Shown here: in pieces, positions 1-9,286 of the stretch
How positions within the stretch are numbered: the stretch's first letter is position 1
How the letters are laid out: each line of letters opens with the position of its first letter
NCBI RefSeq assembly: GCF_900167445.1
Contig: NZ_FUZT01000001.1
Span: 567,839 to 591,838 of the forward strand
Direction of reading: 5' to 3'
DNA from: Maledivibacter halophilus
GTDB taxonomy: Bacteria > Bacillota > Clostridia > Peptostreptococcales > Caminicellaceae
DNA length: 24,000 nucleotides
Made by a program: the position numbers and the translations under genes
Notes under the pieces: model-generated
The model's input: the letters and a program-made list of their open reading frames with translations, nothing else
Told to the model about the DNA's origin: nothing
Database searches by the model: none

Positions 1-24
1 AACAATTATATATACTATTATAAC

Positions 25-65
25 AAAAATCAAAGCCCCTATGTAAATTAGAGGCTTTGATTTTT
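25..65 (-). terminator. Rho-independent terminator hairpin downstream of the 70..474 (-) gene; looks bidirectional
   Basis: Perfect 13-bp arms AAAAATCAAAGCC (25-37) and GGCTTTGATTTTT (53-65) with a 15-nt loop. The minus-strand stop codon is at 70-72. An A-run and a T-run flank the stem. Confidence 0.75.
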
Positions 66-69
66 GTTA

Positions 70-474
70 TTAATAGAATGGAGAACCATAGCCACCATAG
101 CCGCCATAGCCAAATGGCCTTCTACGTCTTCTACGTCTTCTACCTCTTCTTCGTCTCCTACCCAACAATTCTCCAAGCAGTAGTATAGTAATTAAATCCC
201 TTCCAAAACCCCTTCTTTGTCTTGTAAGATTATTATTTTCTCCAAGTTTTTTCAAATCTTCATAATCATTATTATACTCTTCTTCTATTTCTTCTGCCAT
301 TCTATTTATCAGTTCTCTATTTGGGAAAGGGTTCATCATCTGATTATATTCGTTGTCATATTCCTCACATTTTCTTTTTACATATGGCGATAGCTTGTAA
401 TATATTTCGGGATACATTTTTTCTGCTTCCTGTTCACAATAATACATATAGTTATCATAATAGATATTATCCAA
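70..474 (-). CDS. Small hypothetical protein (134 aa) with a Tyr/Glu-rich N-terminal part and a poly-Arg plus GYG-repeat C-terminal tail
   Basis: ORF-track frame. TTG start at 474, preceded by a strong SD AAGGGAGGT (minus strand, 489-481) 6 nt upstream. TAA stop, with a terminator directly downstream. No family recognised. Confidence 0.7.
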   Translation of the reverse strand: MDNIYYDNYMYYCEQEAEKMYPEIYYKLSPYVKRKCEEYDNEYNQMMNPFPNRELINRMAEEIEEEYNNDYEDLKKLGENNNLTRQRRGFGRDLITILLLGELLGRRRRRGRRRRRRRRPFGYGGYGGYGSPFY

Positions 475-609
475 TTTTAAACCTCCCTTAAAATTAATAT
501 CCTAAAGAATAGTAAAACGTATACAATATCATAATATGTTTAGAATATAAAAAAGTTACATTTAATGTAAAATAAAGATAATGGAAATAACTTAATAATA
601 ATTAAAACA

Positions 610-618
610 TGGTATAAT
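610..618 (+). promoter_or_regulatory. Extended -10 promoter element (TGgTATAAT) for the 749-7942 operon
   Basis: TG at 610-611 and TATAAT at 613-618. No good -35 is visible. It implies a leader of about 120 nt before the ATG at 749. Confidence 0.45.
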
Positions 619-748
619 AAGACTAGAAATTTACGGGATATATTATTACATGATCTAAAAGGATTCTCAGTGGTCACGGTCGTAAATTAAACATCTATAT
701 GAAGTTTCCTAAATTTAAAGGCTCTTACATAAAACAAGGAGGTATAAA

Positions 749-3700
749 ATGGCGAGTTCTCTAATTGAAGAATTATATAGGAAAATATCAGATAAACTTT
801 TAGCCCCTGACTTATTAAATGAAACTGCATTATCATCAGATTTTATTAAGGAATATATAAATTTAGATAGTTTTATAAATAAGATTGATGCAATAGTTGT
901 AAATAAAAATTATTCATGTAAAGCAGTTTTATCATTATGTAAAGATATAATGGAAAAGACAGTAAAAACTAAAGTTCCAGAGGATTGGCTTTTTTATATC
1001 TATCAGTATGCTCTAAATAAATCCTTTCCCGATGCGGTGACTATAAAACTTTATAAACACCTGGATAATGCTTGTATCATATATTTGGAGATTCTAAGGA
1101 TTGTATTAGAGATTCATAAGGTTTCCGATGACTATAGCTGGGAAAATAGTTATCCCCTTGATTTTTTAACTTTAGAAGAAGAAAATGAGCTTGAAAGTAT
1201 TGAAGAATATAGAACATTTAAAAGGGCCTTTCAAGATGAATATATATACGAAATGATGAAGCTAAATGAGGAGATTATGGGATACAGTTCCTTGCAGCAT
1301 ATATGTGGGGTACATTATCTGGCACTTTTCATAGGAAGACAATTGAAAAGTTCAGGTTTACCAATAGATTTGGGGCGAGTTTCCGGTTCTGCTGCAGGAC
1401 ATGATATAGGAAAGTTTGGCTGTAAGGAATCGGAATCAGAAAGAGTTCCATATCTTCATTATTATTACACCGGTGAATGGTTTAAAAAGCATAATATTGT
1501 ATATATAAGAAATATTGCTATTAATCATTCAACTTGGGATTTAGAGGTTGAAAATTTATCCTTGGAGAATCTAGTATTAATATATTGCGATTTTCGTGTT
1601 AAGAAAAAGGATGAAGAAATGCATATCTATAGTCTAGAAGAATCCTTTAACGTAATATTGGAAAAGTTAGATAATGTAGATAAAGCCAAGGAAGATAGAT
1701 ATTCAAGGGTATATGCAAAGCTTAAAGACTTCGAAGATTATATGCTTGATTTAGGTATAGATTTAGATGTTACTCCAGGAAAAAAGAATCCGGAAGAAAA
1801 AGTATTAAAGAAAAAGTATTACTCCTTAATGCAGGGAAAAGAGATAATTGAAAATATTAAATATCTTTCAGTAAATCATAACATAAATTTAATGTATAAG
1901 CTAAGGGATGAGTTTTCATTAAACTCCATAATAGAAATAGTAAGAAGTGAAGATGATTCAAATAATCTTAGGGGCTATTTAAATGGCTTTCAAGAGTATT
2001 CAACATATCTTACCCAAAAACAAAAACTAATTACCATAAGATTTTTATATGAACAATTAATTCATCCTGAAGACGATATTAGAATCCAGTGTGCAGAAAT
2101 TATAGGGTCACTGATTGCCACATTTGACGAAACATATAAGAAGGAAGTTCCGGATGATGTGAAGCTTGAAACAGCTGAATATGCTTCCTATGAACTGTTC
2201 CAGGACTATTTAGACCTGTTTTTATTTCCCAGCAGGCAGATTATACCAAAGCATCAAATGTGGATAGGGAAAAGTGCAAAGGTAATGGTTTTATCTCTTT
2301 TTTCAAACTCTCCTGATTATCAAATCAAGGATTTTATAAAAGTATTGTTGAGATATTATAAAAACAGTCAAGATAAAAGCAATGAATACAAGTTAAATAC
2401 CCTTAATATAGCAAAACATATTCCTATCCATCAGTGTGAAGAAAAAGAAATAGAAATATTAGTGGAATATATAAGAAATAATGTTTATGGAGAAAATAAT
2501 CTTTTAAGATTATTAGCCCTTGAAACAATATATAATTTAATACCTAAGTTTAATAGAGATTCCAATGTTTTAAAGCATATCAAAAAAGAGTTTTGTTTAA
2601 ATAGTGAATACTCACAATTTGCAGTTGAGAATTTTTTGAGATTAAAGATTGCCAATATTCTTGAGTTGGATAATGGTACAATTAGTAAATATAAAGAGTT
2701 TTGCAGATTAGATGAAGAAAAGATATCAAGTATGTTTTTAAGCAATCTTAAGACAGCAACCGATTGGGTAACAAAGAAATATCAGATAGAGCTTATAATG
2801 GAGAATACCTTGGATAATTTGGAGAATACGGGAATACATACGGCAATGCATTTTTGTAATCTTTTAAAGGTCAGTGCCAGTGAAAGTGTGAGAAATAGAG
2901 CAGGAGAAGCTTTAATAAAAATAGTTCCCAATTTGCCCTTTGATCAGAGAAATGATATTTTGGTTGAATTGTTAAGATCTTTAGAAATAGAAGGGCATCA
3001 ATTTACAAAATATATACCAAAATATCTTGGAAAACTTATACTTTACTTAGCTCCCATTGAATTAGATGAACTAATAACGGATTTTATTGAAAAAATAAGA
3101 CAATCCAGTACTGCGGTCATATCGCTTTTGCTGGAAACTATAGGTATAGTGATAGTAAACTATCCTAAGTATAGGGATTTTTGCACTGAATCTCAAAAAT
3201 TTTACAGAAATAGATTTAGTAAGATGCTGGGAATACTATTGAATGGACTTGTTAATAATAATCTTCAGGTTAGACAAGTGGCATTTAAGGTTATAGGGAT
3301 AGATGTTTTTGGATCAAAGGAGCTGAGCTTAGAAGAGAAGAAGAATATATTCAGACTTGCTGCAAAAAAGATTCTTACTCTTTTAGGAAATTCTGAAGAA
3401 TCTAAGGAATTATATTTTTTAACAAATTCAGCCGGATTGAATCATATCTATAGATTTATATCTGATTACAAATTTTATAATGGTCCTATTAAAATTCAAC
3501 AACCAAAAAAGATAGCGTTTTTTCCAGGAAGCTTTGACCCCTTTTCATTGAGTCATAAGGAGATTGCTAAGGAAATAAGAAATTTAGGCTTTGAAGTTTA
3601 TTTGGCTATTGATGAATTTTCATGGTCAAAGAGAATTCAACCTAATTTAATCAGAAGGAATATAATTAGAATGTCTATTGCAGATGAGTTAGGAATATAT

Positions 3701-5638
3701 TTATTTCCCGATGATATTCAAATAAATATCGCTAATAGTAATGATCTTGAAAGATTAAGAAATGTTTTTTCTCCCTGCGATGTTCATGTTGTTACTGGAA
3801 GTGATGTTGTTTTAAATGCTTCGGCTTATAAAAAGGAGAGTGGAACTTCTATCACTTCATTTTCCCATATCATATTTGATAGGAGAAGCCTATATTCCTC
3901 AGAAAATGATGATTTAGCTCTTGATAAAATTATTAAAAAAATAAAGGGAAATGTATTGAGACTAAGTCTAAAGCCCCAATACGAAGATATAAGTTCAACT
4001 CAAATTAGAAATTATATAGATCAAAACAGAGATATATCCAGTTTAGTTGATCCCCTTGCACAAAAATATATCTATGAAAATGGCCTATATAGAAGGGAGC
4101 CCCAATATAAGACCCTTATTCAAACAAAATCTATTTCAATAGAGGTTATATATGATATTTCAGAGGCTTTATTGAATGAACTTACCAGTTTTTTAATAAA
4201 ATATAATGAAAAAGCCTATGATATATTAAAAAATACATTGAAAAAGCTTTCAACTAGAATAATGATTTTGAGAGATATAAAAAACAATGGGAAGATATTA
4301 GGCTTTTCGATTTTCCATTGGATACGTTCAAATATGCTATTTGAGGAATTTCAAAACAATAATGTATCTGAATATATTCGTGAAAATTATATAGGAAGAA
4401 TGATAGTAATTGATGGAATATTTGCAGATAAAGATTTAGATATTCCTAATCTAAATCAAATTATACTTACTGAAAGTCTTGCTTTCTGTCTTGCAAAGGA
4501 CTATACCTATGGAATTTTTAGAAATGTAGTAGAAGGTTACTTATGTGACGATTTACATGAATATTTGGAATTACAGGGATTTAGGCTAGTACCGGGCTGT
4601 GATGAAAATAAACCTGTATTTACTGTGGATATGACGGCTCCATGTACATTATACTTAGGTGTTGAGACCTTTATAAAAGAACCCTTTGTAAGCAATTTAA
4701 ATGTAATGGAGGCTATAAAACGCTGTAGAAAAAGACTTCAAAAAGCTATTGTTAATCTTTATCCTGGAAACCTTGTATTGGCTATAGATAAACAAATGGT
4801 TTTCGAAAATCTCATTAAGAAAATTTGTGATGAAAATGGAGTTCCTACTACACCTGTTACTCCAAGAAAATTAGGTCAGGCTATGTGTGTTCCCTTTGGC
4901 CAGATTCTAAAGGGTTATATAATACCAAATACTGTGACAAAGTCTATGCATACTGAAAAATACTTCTGGCCTAATGTTAAAGATTATGAAATAGGGGCTT
5001 ATCCCTATTATATGAACTTAGAAAATCAAGTGAAAATGATTCGTTCCTTTAATAAGCCTTTAATACTGGTAGACGATTTGCTCCATAAAGGATATAGAAT
5101 AAAGACCCTTGATCCAGTACTTAAGAAAGTAAATGTAGAAGTTAGAAAGATTTTTGCTGGTATACTTTCAGGTAGAGGCAAGGAGCTTATGGATATTCAA
5201 AATAGAGAAGTGGATTTTGCTTATTTTATTCCAAAGCTAAAGGTTTGGTTTAATGAGAGCCTCATGTATCCATTTATAGGAGGAGATACTCTCTGGAGAG
5301 GCTTTTATCCAAAAAGAAATTTAGTTCCTTCAATCAATTTAATACTTCCATATACATCACCTACATTTATTAAAGGGACATCTAATAGGGCAATATATAA
5401 TCTATCAAAGGTCAGCATAGAAAACTCAATAGAAATACTAACAGTTCTTGAATCGGAATATGAGAAAATAAATGAAAGAAGTTTGACTCTGGCTAATTTG
5501 GGAGAAGTATTTATTTCACCAAGATGCCCTGACCATGGAGAAAATATGAAGTATGATTTAAAACGCAGTCCATCCCACTATTTGAAAAACGATTTGACTT
5601 CTTTAGAGCGGCTTGAATATACAATATGCAAGGAATAA
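749..5638 (+). CDS. Giant multidomain protein (1629 aa): HD phosphohydrolase, HEAT-like repeats, NadD/cytidylyltransferase-like nucleotidyltransferase, GNAT-like region and type-I phosphoribosyltransferase-like C-terminus
   Basis: SD AAGGAGG sits 7 nt before the ATG at 749; TAA stop.
- HD signature: HICGVHYLA ... AAGHDIGK (HD codons at 1400-1405).
- HEAT-like signatures: IRIQCAEIIGSL, VRNRAGEALIKIV, LQVRQVAFKVIG.
- Nucleotidyltransferase: IAFFPGSFDPFSLSH (aa 922-936) and ISSTQIR (aa 1081-1087).
- PRTase-like acidic loop: PLILVDDLLHKGYRIKT (aa 1437 onward). Confidence 0.85.
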   Translation: MASSLIEELYRKISDKLLAPDLLNETALSSDFIKEYINLDSFINKIDAIVVNKNYSCKAVLSLCKDIMEKTVKTKVPEDWLFYIYQYALNKSFPDAVTIKLYKHLDNACIIYLEILRIVLEIHKVSDDYSWENSYPLDFLTLEEENELESIEEYRTFKRAFQDEYIYEMMKLNEEIMGYSSLQHICGVHYLALFIGRQLKSSGLPIDLGRVSGSAAGHDIGKFGCKESESERVPYLHYYYTGEWFKKHNIVYIRNIAINHSTWDLEVENLSLENLVLIYCDFRVKKKDEEMHIYSLEESFNVILEKLDNVDKAKEDRYSRVYAKLKDFEDYMLDLGIDLDVTPGKKNPEEKVLKKKYYSLMQGKEIIENIKYLSVNHNINLMYKLRDEFSLNSIIEIVRSEDDSNNLRGYLNGFQEYSTYLTQKQKLITIRFLYEQLIHPEDDIRIQCAEIIGSLIATFDETYKKEVPDDVKLETAEYASYELFQDYLDLFLFPSRQIIPKHQMWIGKSAKVMVLSLFSNSPDYQIKDFIKVLLRYYKNSQDKSNEYKLNTLNIAKHIPIHQCEEKEIEILVEYIRNNVYGENNLLRLLALETIYNLIPKFNRDSNVLKHIKKEFCLNSEYSQFAVENFLRLKIANILELDNGTISKYKEFCRLDEEKISSMFLSNLKTATDWVTKKYQIELIMENTLDNLENTGIHTAMHFCNLLKVSASESVRNRAGEALIKIVPNLPFDQRNDILVELLRSLEIEGHQFTKYIPKYLGKLILYLAPIELDELITDFIEKIRQSSTAVISLLLETIGIVIVNYPKYRDFCTESQKFYRNRFSKMLGILLNGLVNNNLQVRQVAFKVIGIDVFGSKELSLEEKKNIFRLAAKKILTLLGNSEESKELYFLTNSAGLNHIYRFISDYKFYNGPIKIQQPKKIAFFPGSFDPFSLSHKEIAKEIRNLGFEVYLAIDEFSWSKRIQPNLIRRNIIRMSIADELGIYLFPDDIQINIANSNDLERLRNVFSPCDVHVVTGSDVVLNASAYKKESGTSITSFSHIIFDRRSLYSSENDDLALDKIIKKIKGNVLRLSLKPQYEDISSTQIRNYIDQNRDISSLVDPLAQKYIYENGLYRREPQYKTLIQTKSISIEVIYDISEALLNELTSFLIKYNEKAYDILKNTLKKLSTRIMILRDIKNNGKILGFSIFHWIRSNMLFEEFQNNNVSEYIRENYIGRMIVIDGIFADKDLDIPNLNQIILTESLAFCLAKDYTYGIFRNVVEGYLCDDLHEYLELQGFRLVPGCDENKPVFTVDMTAPCTLYLGVETFIKEPFVSNLNVMEAIKRCRKRLQKAIVNLYPGNLVLAIDKQMVFENLIKKICDENGVPTTPVTPRKLGQAMCVPFGQILKGYIIPNTVTKSMHTEKYFWPNVKDYEIGAYPYYMNLENQVKMIRSFNKPLILVDDLLHKGYRIKTLDPVLKKVNVEVRKIFAGILSGRGKELMDIQNREVDFAYFIPKLKVWFNESLMYPFIGGDTLWRGFYPKRNLVPSINLILPYTSPTFIKGTSNRAIYNLSKVSIENSIEILTVLESEYEKINERSLTLANLGEVFISPRCPDHGENMKYDLKRSPSHYLKNDLTSLERLEYTICKE

Positions 5639-5651
5639 AGGAGATGAAAAA

Positions 5652-6896
5652 ATGTTTTTTTACATGCTGGATGATAAGATATTGCTTTCAAATATCAAAT
5701 ATGATGATTTAGAGGAAATAAGTGAAAATACAGCAAGGGAGAACAAAGAAATTATTTATTATTTGAAAAAGGTAGATCCTTTGAAATCAAGAAGGAGATT
5801 TTGTGTATCTGATCCTTTATTATTATTTCTTAAGGAAGAAGGGCTCAATTTAATATATAAGAAGGATTTAGAAGAGTATAATTTACCCAAATGGGTAATA
5901 GATAGAATAAATAATAAAAAAGTTACTGGAATAAATACAAACTACCCAAATTGGAAAAATGCTATAAATAATACCCTTCCAAAGAAATGGAAAGTGAATG
6001 TTTTTGGATTGGGAGATGTTGGCGGCACTCTAATAACAGGACTTAGATTGTTGGGTGGAGATTGTATTTCTGAAATTGGAATATACGATAGAACAGAAAA
6101 CAAGAAAAAAAGATGGATTCTTGAAGCCAATCAAATACTTTCAGCCTTTGATGGAAAATCTTATCCTAAAGTTAAAGGCATTGCTTCAGAAGAGCTATTT
6201 GATTGCGATATGTTTGTGTTTTGTGCAAGTGTAGGTGTTCCACCAGTAGGAGAGAGGGTTAAGGATGTAAGGATGATTCAGTTTGAAGGGAATTCAAAGC
6301 TGCTTTCAGCCTATGCAAATATGGCGAGAAAATGTGGATTTAAAGGAATATTCGCAGTTGTATCTGATCCTGTGGATCTATTATGTAAGTCTGTTTTTAT
6401 AGATAGTAACACCAATGAAAATGGAAAAATTGACTATAAAGGTTTAGCACCGGAGCAAATAAGAGGCTATGGCCTTGGAGTTATGCATGCCAGAGCGGCC
6501 TATTATGCAGGTTTAGCTAAAGATACAGCCCATTATTTAAATGAAGGTAGAGCATATGGGCCCCATGGCATAGGTCTTGTGATAGCAGACAGTATAGAAA
6601 ACTATAATGAAGATAAATCAATATATTTGACAAAAAAAGCCAAAGAAGCAAATTTACAGGTTAGAGAAACGGGTTTTAAGCCCTATATTGCTCCAGCACT
6701 ATCCTCTGGGAGCCTATCGCTTTTAGCAACTATTAGAGGACAGTGGCATTATAGTGCCACATATATGGGAGGAGTTTTTATGGGAGCTAAAAATAGATTT
6801 ATTGAATCCGGTGTTGAGATAGAAATATTAGATATTCCAAATGAATTGCTTCTTCGTTTACAAGAGACCTATAGGAAATTGGAGAGAATAATATGA
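5652..6896 (+). CDS. Divergent LDH/MDH-family NAD(P)-dependent dehydrogenase with an N-terminal extension of about 110 aa
   Basis: The ORF-track frame opens at TTG 5613. ATG 5652 is preferred because SD AAAGGAG (5637-5643) lies 8 nt upstream, just after the stop of the previous gene. Motifs: KVNVFGLGDVGG (GxGxxG), AVVSDPVDLL, YGPHGIG (LDH-like catalytic His context). The TGA stop overlaps the next start. Confidence 0.75.
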   Translation: MFFYMLDDKILLSNIKYDDLEEISENTARENKEIIYYLKKVDPLKSRRRFCVSDPLLLFLKEEGLNLIYKKDLEEYNLPKWVIDRINNKKVTGINTNYPNWKNAINNTLPKKWKVNVFGLGDVGGTLITGLRLLGGDCISEIGIYDRTENKKKRWILEANQILSAFDGKSYPKVKGIASEELFDCDMFVFCASVGVPPVGERVKDVRMIQFEGNSKLLSAYANMARKCGFKGIFAVVSDPVDLLCKSVFIDSNTNENGKIDYKGLAPEQIRGYGLGVMHARAAYYAGLAKDTAHYLNEGRAYGPHGIGLVIADSIENYNEDKSIYLTKKAKEANLQVRETGFKPYIAPALSSGSLSLLATIRGQWHYSATYMGGVFMGAKNRFIESGVEIEILDIPNELLLRLQETYRKLERII

Positions 6897-7942
6897 ATAA
6901 GATATATTTAATTATGCCCGGGGAAATATCTGACAGGCTTTCTAAAATGACTGATGCAGCCACAGAAGGATTAGATATTGATATAATTAAAGATTCTTAT
7001 AATATTCCCGATCTTAGAAATAAAAAAATAATATTTGCAGTTCAGTTAAGTGATATCGGATATAATATACCATTATTTGAAATATTGACTAAGCTCTCAC
7101 AAAGAGGTAGGGAAGCCCTTAGAGGTTCTAATGGGGTTATAATAATAAATAGTTCAAATGAATTATTTACTAAGAGTGCTGCTCAGGATATAATTTTTAA
7201 AACAAATCAAATGGGTTGTCGTTTTCCGGGACATCCAATAGTTGAAGCAATAGAGGATTTAAAAAATCTACGTACATGGCAGAAAAATTTGAGTTTACCC
7301 CTTGATGATATATGTATTAAATTATGTAGAAAACTACGAAAAAACTTTATTAATGACAATCCTAAGATTATAAAAAATCCCAGGATTATAGTACTTCATG
7401 CAAGTACCCATGAAACTTCAAATACTTTAAAGCTTTGGAAGATGACAAAAAAGCATTTAAAAAATTGTGAAATAGAAGAATATCATGTTGAAAATGGAAC
7501 AATAGTAGATTGTAAAGGCTGTTTATATACTACATGTATGCATTACAGCGAGAAAAAATCATGTTTCTATGGGGGGATGATTACTAAAGAATTGCTGCCT
7601 GCAATTGAAAGAGCAGATGCCGTTGTATGGGTATGTCCCAATTATAATGATGCTGTATCTGCCAAGCTTATGGCAGTAATAAATAGGCTGACGGTTCTTT
7701 ATAGAAGAACAAAATTCTATAAGAAAACATTGTTTGGGATAATTGTATCGGGAAATTCTGGTTCCGATTCAGTTTCCAAGCAGCTAATCGGCGCTTTGAA
7801 TATTAATAAAAGCTTTAGATTACCGCCTTATTTTTCTATTATGGCTATAGCAAATGATCCAGATGAAATAATGAATATACAGGATATTGATGAAAAAGCT
7901 AGGGAATTTGCAAATAATATTATGGGGGAAATTAAGGCATGA
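6893..7942 (+). CDS. Flavodoxin-fold NADPH-dependent FMN-reductase / iron-sulfur-flavoprotein-like protein with an extra N-terminal domain (349 aa)
   Basis: ATGA start/stop overlap with the upstream gene; SD GGAGAG upstream. C-terminal half: IIVLHASTHETSNT, Cys cluster DCKGCLYTTC...SC, ADAVVWVCPNYNDAVSAKLMAVINRL. Confidence 0.75.
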   Translation: MNKIYLIMPGEISDRLSKMTDAATEGLDIDIIKDSYNIPDLRNKKIIFAVQLSDIGYNIPLFEILTKLSQRGREALRGSNGVIIINSSNELFTKSAAQDIIFKTNQMGCRFPGHPIVEAIEDLKNLRTWQKNLSLPLDDICIKLCRKLRKNFINDNPKIIKNPRIIVLHASTHETSNTLKLWKMTKKHLKNCEIEEYHVENGTIVDCKGCLYTTCMHYSEKKSCFYGGMITKELLPAIERADAVVWVCPNYNDAVSAKLMAVINRLTVLYRRTKFYKKTLFGIIVSGNSGSDSVSKQLIGALNINKSFRLPPYFSIMAIANDPDEIMNIQDIDEKAREFANNIMGEIKA

Positions 7943-8081
7943 CATTTTAAATACATTTGGTATATTTGTAAAGGTTTATTGTTTTTAAAATAAGTATAAT
8001 TAATTTTGTAAGAAATTTTTAAGAAAATACAACTACCAATTAATTACAAAATCAATTATAATAGATTTTGGGTGATGGGAT

Positions 8082-9041
8082 ATGAAAAAATTTTATATTA
8101 TACTAATAGTAACTTTTTTATTGACCTCCTGTTCAAATAATGAGGTTGAGGTGGCTGTGGAAAAACTTGAGTCAGATAACAGTCTTTTAAAGGAACAAAT
8201 TAAATCCTTAGAAAAGGAAAATCAATTACTTAACAATCAAAATAAGGAATTAGTAGAGAAAAATAAAAGCCTTAATGAGGGAATAAAGAAAAAGGATTCA
8301 AAGATTGATACGCTAAAAAAAGAAATAGAAACATTCCAGCAGCACCAATCCTTTTCTGATAATATAAAAAAGACAAAGGTTTTAGATGCTGATCTCAATA
8401 ATGATGGGGAAAGAGAAATTATTAAACTTGAATCTAGCCAAAATAAATACTATAGACTGTTTACTAATGATATTTCTATAACAAGTATAGGTTTAAATGT
8501 AGACTATGATTTTAAAGTTGTAGACATTGATATTGAAGATCATGTAAAGGAAATTGCAATAAGTGAATGGGGATCAAATAGTAAAGAACCAAAAACTAAA
8601 TTTTACATATACTCTACAGACAATATATATTACATAGGTAAAATTCATGGACATATTAATGATATAACTATTAATGGTGATGGAAGTTTAATAATACCGG
8701 CAAAGGGAAATATCCTTTATTCATGGAGCTATTCTAAGAAATATAAGCTATCTACAGGACATATGCTTGTAGAAGAGCCCCAGGAGCTATATCAAATCAA
8801 TCAAAAGGTTAAGGTTTTAAAAAGCATTCCATTATTAAAATCTACTACTGAAAATGAAATGATAGCTGCTCTTACTGTAGGAGAGGAAGTAACTTTATTA
8901 TCCAGTGATAATAAAAAATGGTGTCAGGTGGAAAAGGCAAATGGAGTAAAGGGATGGTTTGAAGTAGAAGACTTTGATAAAATCAAGGGAACAGAGTACA
9001 CAGCAAAGGATGTTTTTGAGGGATTAGATAATAATAGTTGA
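8082..9041 (+). CDS. Lipoprotein with a coiled-coil region, a DxNxDG-type motif and a C-terminal bacterial SH3-like domain
   Basis: Signal peptide plus lipobox LLTSC (aa 13-17). Heptad-like E/K/L/N-rich segment. LDADLNNDGEREII. C-terminus KWCQVEKANGVKGWFEVEDF. Terminator downstream. Confidence 0.75.
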   Translation: MKKFYIILIVTFLLTSCSNNEVEVAVEKLESDNSLLKEQIKSLEKENQLLNNQNKELVEKNKSLNEGIKKKDSKIDTLKKEIETFQQHQSFSDNIKKTKVLDADLNNDGEREIIKLESSQNKYYRLFTNDISITSIGLNVDYDFKVVDIDIEDHVKEIAISEWGSNSKEPKTKFYIYSTDNIYYIGKIHGHINDITINGDGSLIIPAKGNILYSWSYSKKYKLSTGHMLVEEPQELYQINQKVKVLKSIPLLKSTTENEMIAALTVGEEVTLLSSDNKKWCQVEKANGVKGWFEVEDFDKIKGTEYTAKDVFEGLDNNS

Positions 9042-9084
9042 GAAAATTATAGATAATTCTAATTTCCTCAGTTAATAATTGAAG

Positions 9085-9121
9085 CCTATTAGTTTTATTT
9101 AAAAAACTAGTAGGTTTTTTT
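9085..9121 (+). terminator. Rho-independent terminator after the lipoprotein gene
   Basis: Arms CCTATTAGTTTT (9085-9096) and AAAACTAGTAGG (9103-9114) with one mismatch, followed by a T-run at 9115-9121. Confidence 0.7.
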
Positions 9122-9286
9122 GTGCTGAAAAATAGTAGGGAAAAACAGCGTTTGCTATACTTTATATAGGAAAAAAATAAAAAAATTACACAAGTTACAA
9201 ATTATGACAACATTTTTGGCTGAATTTGTGTATTATATATATTAAGGACATTAATTAGTTTTGTATCGGATTAATAGGGGGAACAT

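Noticed and set aside
621-690. Assignment of the operon leader to a known riboswitch class (ykkC/guanidine-PRPP, ZTP or NAD+ classes)
   Set aside because: The conserved cores I remember for those classes are not present. Only a generic 8-bp stem is seen. It is kept as a low-interest structural observation only.
2485-2745. 86-aa ORF antisense to the giant protein gene
   Set aside because: It lies entirely inside a well-supported 1629-codon ORF on the other strand. It has no SD and a low-complexity AT-driven composition. It is a typical shadow ORF.
5613-5651. ORF-track TTG start of the LDH-like gene, overlapping the giant gene by 26 nt
   Set aside because: ATG 5652 has a proper SD (AAAGGAG) at the right distance. 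The extra 13 codons have no support.
5942-6130. 62-aa antisense ORF inside the LDH-like gene
   Set aside because: Shadow ORF opposite a motif-supported CDS, with no ribosome-binding site.
8004-8062. Inverted repeat ATTTTGTAA ... TTACAAAAT upstream of the lipoprotein gene, read as an operator
   Set aside because: It is a short AT-only repeat in an AT-rich intergenic region. Chance occurrence is plausible and no partner regulator is evident.
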